A stretch of DNA of 64,000 nt from the NCBI GenBank assembly GCA_030141605.1, contig JAQGDQ010000308.1:124001-188000 (forward strand). Reading direction: 5' to 3'. Shown here piece by piece: positions 60,490-64,000 of this stretch (position 1 is the first letter of the stretch; each line of letters opens with the position of its first letter). The position numbers and the translations under genes are program-made. Origin of the DNA: Tubiluchus corallicola (Eukaryota; Animalia; Priapulida). The notes under the pieces are model-generated. The model was not told where the DNA came from. It saw only the letters and a program-made list of their open reading frames with translations, and searched no databases.

Positions 60490-62844
60490 ATGAGTAGTAG
60501 ATTGGAAGAAAAGGTGGACAGAAGCAGAAAAGATGTCTCACCTAGACGAGAACAACGCTCAAGAAGCAGAGAGCGGGATAAATACAGACGTAAACGCTCT
60601 CGCAGCAGAAGCAAAGATAAATATCATCGACGAAGATCATCCAGAAGCCGTAGCAGAGAACGCAGACATCGGCGTGACAAGGACAGAAAACGTAGATCTC
60701 GGTCAAGGTCTCCAAGACATTCGTCAAATTATAAGGGCAAAAATGACAAATATAAGGAGAATGGAATAAAAGAAGAAGAGGAAGAGGATGAAAAGGCTAA
60801 GGTGCAGCCACTGTCCTTGGAGGAGTTGCTTGCTAAGCGTAAAGCTGAGCAAGAGGCGTTGAGTAAGCCAAAGTTTCTGACAAAAGAAGAAAGAACTGCA
60901 TTAGCTATAAAGAAACGCCAGGAGCAGGTAGAGGCACAAAGAAAAGCTGTTGAGGATGCCAAAAAGACGCTGATTGCATTTTCTGAACAAGCAAAAATTA
61001 GTGATCGAGAGCGAGAGCGGAGAGAAAGACGAGAAAGAGAAAGACGAGAGAGGGAAAAAGAACGAGAAGACAAAGAGTCAAGTGAGGTAGGTCAAGTATC
61101 AGTAGAATCGTCAAAAGAGTTAGATGCTATCAAAGAGCGTTACCTTGGCATTGTGAAAAAGAAACGAAGAGTAAGGCGCTTGAATGATCGTAAATTTGTC
61201 TTTGATTGGGATGCAGGAGAAGATACATTAGCTAGTGATTTTAATCCTCTTTACCGTGAACGACACGATATACAATTGTATGGACGTGGGCATGTTGCTG
61301 GGATAGATTTAAAAGCTCAAAAGAAGCTACAGTCAAAATTCTATGGCGATTTGTTAGAGAAAAGGCGAACTCAGCAGGAAAAAGATCAGGAACAAGTGCG
61401 TTTGAAGAAAATTAAACAGAGGGAAGCAAAAGAAAAGTGGGATGATCGGCACTGGACTGAAAAGTCTCTTGACGAAATGACAGAGAGAGATTGGCGTATA
61501 TTTAAGGAAGATTATAATATCTCCATCAAAGGTGGAAATATTCCACCTCCAATGCGCAGCTGGAAAGAAGGGAAAATCAGTTCAGAGATACTGGAAATTA
61601 TCGACAAGGTTGGTTACAAAGAGCCGTCGCCCATTCAGCGACAAGCCATACCTATAGGACTGCAAAATCGGGACATTATTGGTGTTGCAGAAACGGGATC
61701 TGGTAAGACAGCTGCCTTTCTCATTCCATTGCTTGTCTGGATAACGTCGCTACCTAAAATTGAACGTATGGAAGATGCCGATCAAGGCCCGTATGCTGTG
61801 ATTCTAGCACCCACGCGTGAGTTAGCAATACAAATAGAGGATGAAACGGTGAAATTTGGTAAGCCTCTTGGTATCAGAACAGTGGCAGTTATTGGGGGAT
61901 TATCGAGAGAGGAGCAGGGATTTAAACTGCGACAAGGATGTGAAATCGTCATAGCAACACCTGGACGGTTACTCGATTGTTTAGATAATCACTACGTGGT
62001 GCTGAACCAGTGCACGTATGTTGTTATGGACGAAGCTGATCGCATGATCGATATGGGCTTCGAAGGAGATGTGAATAGAATTCTGGACTTTATGCCCGTC
62101 AGTAACATGAAGCCAGACAGTGAAGAGGCGGAGGATTCCACTACCTTGTTAAGCAATTTTGCATCTAAAAAGAAATTCAGACAGACTGTCATGTTTACAG
62201 CTACTATGCCACCTGCAGTGGAACGGTTAGCACGATCGTACCTGCGCCGCCCTGCTATTGTTTATATTGGCTCTGTAGGCAAACCAGTTGAACTTGTGGA
62301 GCAGATAGTGTACATGATGGGTGAGAATGAGAAGAGAAAGAAACTACTAGCAATTTTAGAACAAGGAATTAAACCCCCGGTACTAATATTTGTAAATCAG
62401 AAGAGAGGCGCCGACATCCTTGCTAAATCCTTAGAGAAAATGGGCTATAATGCAACGACGCTGCACGGTGGTAAAGGGCAGGAGCAGCGAGAGTTTGCTC
62501 TTGCTAGTCTTAAAGGTGGTACAAAGGACATCATGGTAGCAACTAATGTTGCAGGACGTGGTATCGACATTCAAAATGTCTCACTCGTAATAAACTATGA
62601 CTTACCAAAAACAATTGAAGACTACACACATCGTATTGGCCGAACTGGACGTGCTGGTAAAACTGGTGTTGCTATTAGTTTCGCAACGAAAGACGACAAC
62701 ATGTTATACTATGATCTTAAGCACGTGTTGCTTTCGAGTTCCAAGTCTCACTGTCCTGCAGAGCTCGCTAATCATCCAGATGCCCAACATAAACCTGGAA
62801 CTGTTGTGACTAAGAAACGACAAGAGGAAAAAATATTTGCCTAG
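60490..62844 (+). CDS. DDX23: DEAD-box RNA helicase DDX23/Prp28 (U5-100K), 784 aa, single coding exon
   Basis: N-terminal RS domain, [34 protein letters not shown], motif [13 protein letters not shown], Prp28-type TAT motif [13 protein letters not shown], and C-terminal HPDAQHKPG. Confidence 0.98.
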   Translation: MSSRLEEKVDRSRKDVSPRREQRSRSRERDKYRRKRSRSRSKDKYHRRRSSRSRSRERRHRRDKDRKRRSRSRSPRHSSNYKGKNDKYKENGIKEEEEEDEKAKVQPLSLEELLAKRKAEQEALSKPKFLTKEERTALAIKKRQEQVEAQRKAVEDAKKTLIAFSEQAKISDRERERRERRERERREREKEREDKESSEVGQVSVESSKELDAIKERYLGIVKKKRRVRRLNDRKFVFDWDAGEDTLASDFNPLYRERHDIQLYGRGHVAGIDLKAQKKLQSKFYGDLLEKRRTQQEKDQEQVRLKKIKQREAKEKWDDRHWTEKSLDEMTERDWRIFKEDYNISIKGGNIPPPMRSWKEGKISSEILEIIDKVGYKEPSPIQRQAIPIGLQNRDIIGVAETGSGKTAAFLIPLLVWITSLPKIERMEDADQGPYAVILAPTRELAIQIEDETVKFGKPLGIRTVAVIGGLSREEQGFKLRQGCEIVIATPGRLLDCLDNHYVVLNQCTYVVMDEADRMIDMGFEGDVNRILDFMPVSNMKPDSEEAEDSTTLLSNFASKKKFRQTVMFTATMPPAVERLARSYLRRPAIVYIGSVGKPVELVEQIVYMMGENEKRKKLLAILEQGIKPPVLIFVNQKRGADILAKSLEKMGYNATTLHGGKGQEQREFALASLKGGTKDIMVATNVAGRGIDIQNVSLVINYDLPKTIEDYTHRIGRTGRAGKTGVAISFATKDDNMLYYDLKHVLLSSSKSHCPAELANHPDAQHKPGTVVTKKRQEEKIFA

Positions 62845-64000
62845 TGATAGTACACTAGTTTGATTACTTTAAGTGACTGGGTGAGAACCATATCGTCACT
62901 GCTGTGCTGTGAATAAGCATAAGAACTGTGACGCACTTAGACAGTTCTTGCATTTATTCACTGTTAGCAATTCTATAGCGAATGAGCTTAATCATACCAA
63001 AACTTGGAGTGTGCTTTACTGTAGAGCTAATTGTTTTGTCTAACTACTCATCTAGTACTTTCATGCATATTTCTGTCTATTCTAAGCGCTAGTAGCAAAA
63101 ACCACAATATTTTGATGCGAGGCATGAGTGGCTCAGGTATGAGTGTCATATCGACATGATTTCAGCTTGTTAACAAAATTTGCTGACGGACTGAGGCCAA
63201 CTTGGCTTGTAATGTATAACATGAAAACTTTTGCAAAGCTACATAAACAGTAACATTTTTGAGTCAAGGTCAAAGCCATTGACCAAGTTTCTATCATATC
63301 CAGCAAGTTAAATTTCATAGCATGCTTCACTTTGGCAGCAGGCAGTGTTACTATGGAAGCTGTTGTCATTTAGCAAACATCAACCATTATTAACATGGTA
63401 AAAAACTTTAGCGTGATCAACGACTGGATGCATGCAATGTTCAAGTTTCACAAGTGGCTGTGATGTGAAAAATCTAGTGTACACTGTACAGAGGCATCTA
63501 CATTTCACCACTTCTTGCATAGTTCTATATAATACTGTACCTAATCACTTGCAATATGTGAAAATAATGAAACTAATATGAATGACATAAGTTGCAAATG
63601 GTGAAAATAGATAATAAACTTGCAATATGCTACTATTCACAACCAACTTTTTATTCTGATTTACTTTATACAATGTGAAACAGTTTTAATTCAGTATTAT
63701 ACACACTGGTATCAAACCCACTTGATAATTACAAATATCTTAAAACAAAACGATGGTAGTTCAAAACACTACTTTCCTAAACATAATCAGTATGACTGCA
63801 TAGATAAACTAAAATTTTTGTAGCTTCTTTTATTTCTGTAAAAAAACCATGATTTGGTACAAACAATGTACGTTCTAGGCTACTAGCAAAAAAGTTTTAT
63901 TTTGATTCAGTGTTGATTTCTATTATGCTTAACGAGTGCAAAAACTACCATTTTCACCAATACATATTTGCAGTTTGAATGCGCCACAATAACATTAAAA

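Noticed and set aside
62536-62572. Motif [11 protein letters not shown] (N for the usual D) as an inactivating change in DDX23
   Set aside because: All other motifs are intact and, as I recall, an ATNVA variant also occurs in yeast Prp28, so it is likely tolerated.
60533-62809. Alternative-frame and antisense ORFs within DDX23
   Set aside because: Shadows of the low-complexity RS/RE-rich coding sequence.

Overview
AT-rich, intron-rich, repeat-laden animal (invertebrate-like) genomic DNA, not prokaryotic; most short ORFs in the supplied track are spurious. Five protein genes can be assembled by hand with GT-AG boundaries and consistent phases. They are the first two coding exons of a PDE9-like phosphodiesterase (-, runs off the left edge), a 6-exon C3orf33-like gene (+), an 11-exon CSTF1 (-, 431 aa), a dithiol glutaredoxin with an unusual CGFC active site (-), and DDX23/PRP28 with an intronless CDS (+). 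Introns and spacers carry hAT-type MITEs (three with clear 8-bp TSDs, one with a paralogous empty site) and decayed hAT, Tc1, Academ-like, RTE and CR1/L2 remnants. The stand-out is a 543-bp composite retroposon in the PDE9 intron, flanked by a 9-bp TSD. It has a near-complete 5S rRNA head without terminator, a structured RTE-5'UTR-like body with a duplicated covarying stem-loop module, and the last codons plus 3' tail of an RTE LINE, i.e. a bipartite-RTE SINE3. All family assignments come from motif recognition, not database searches.
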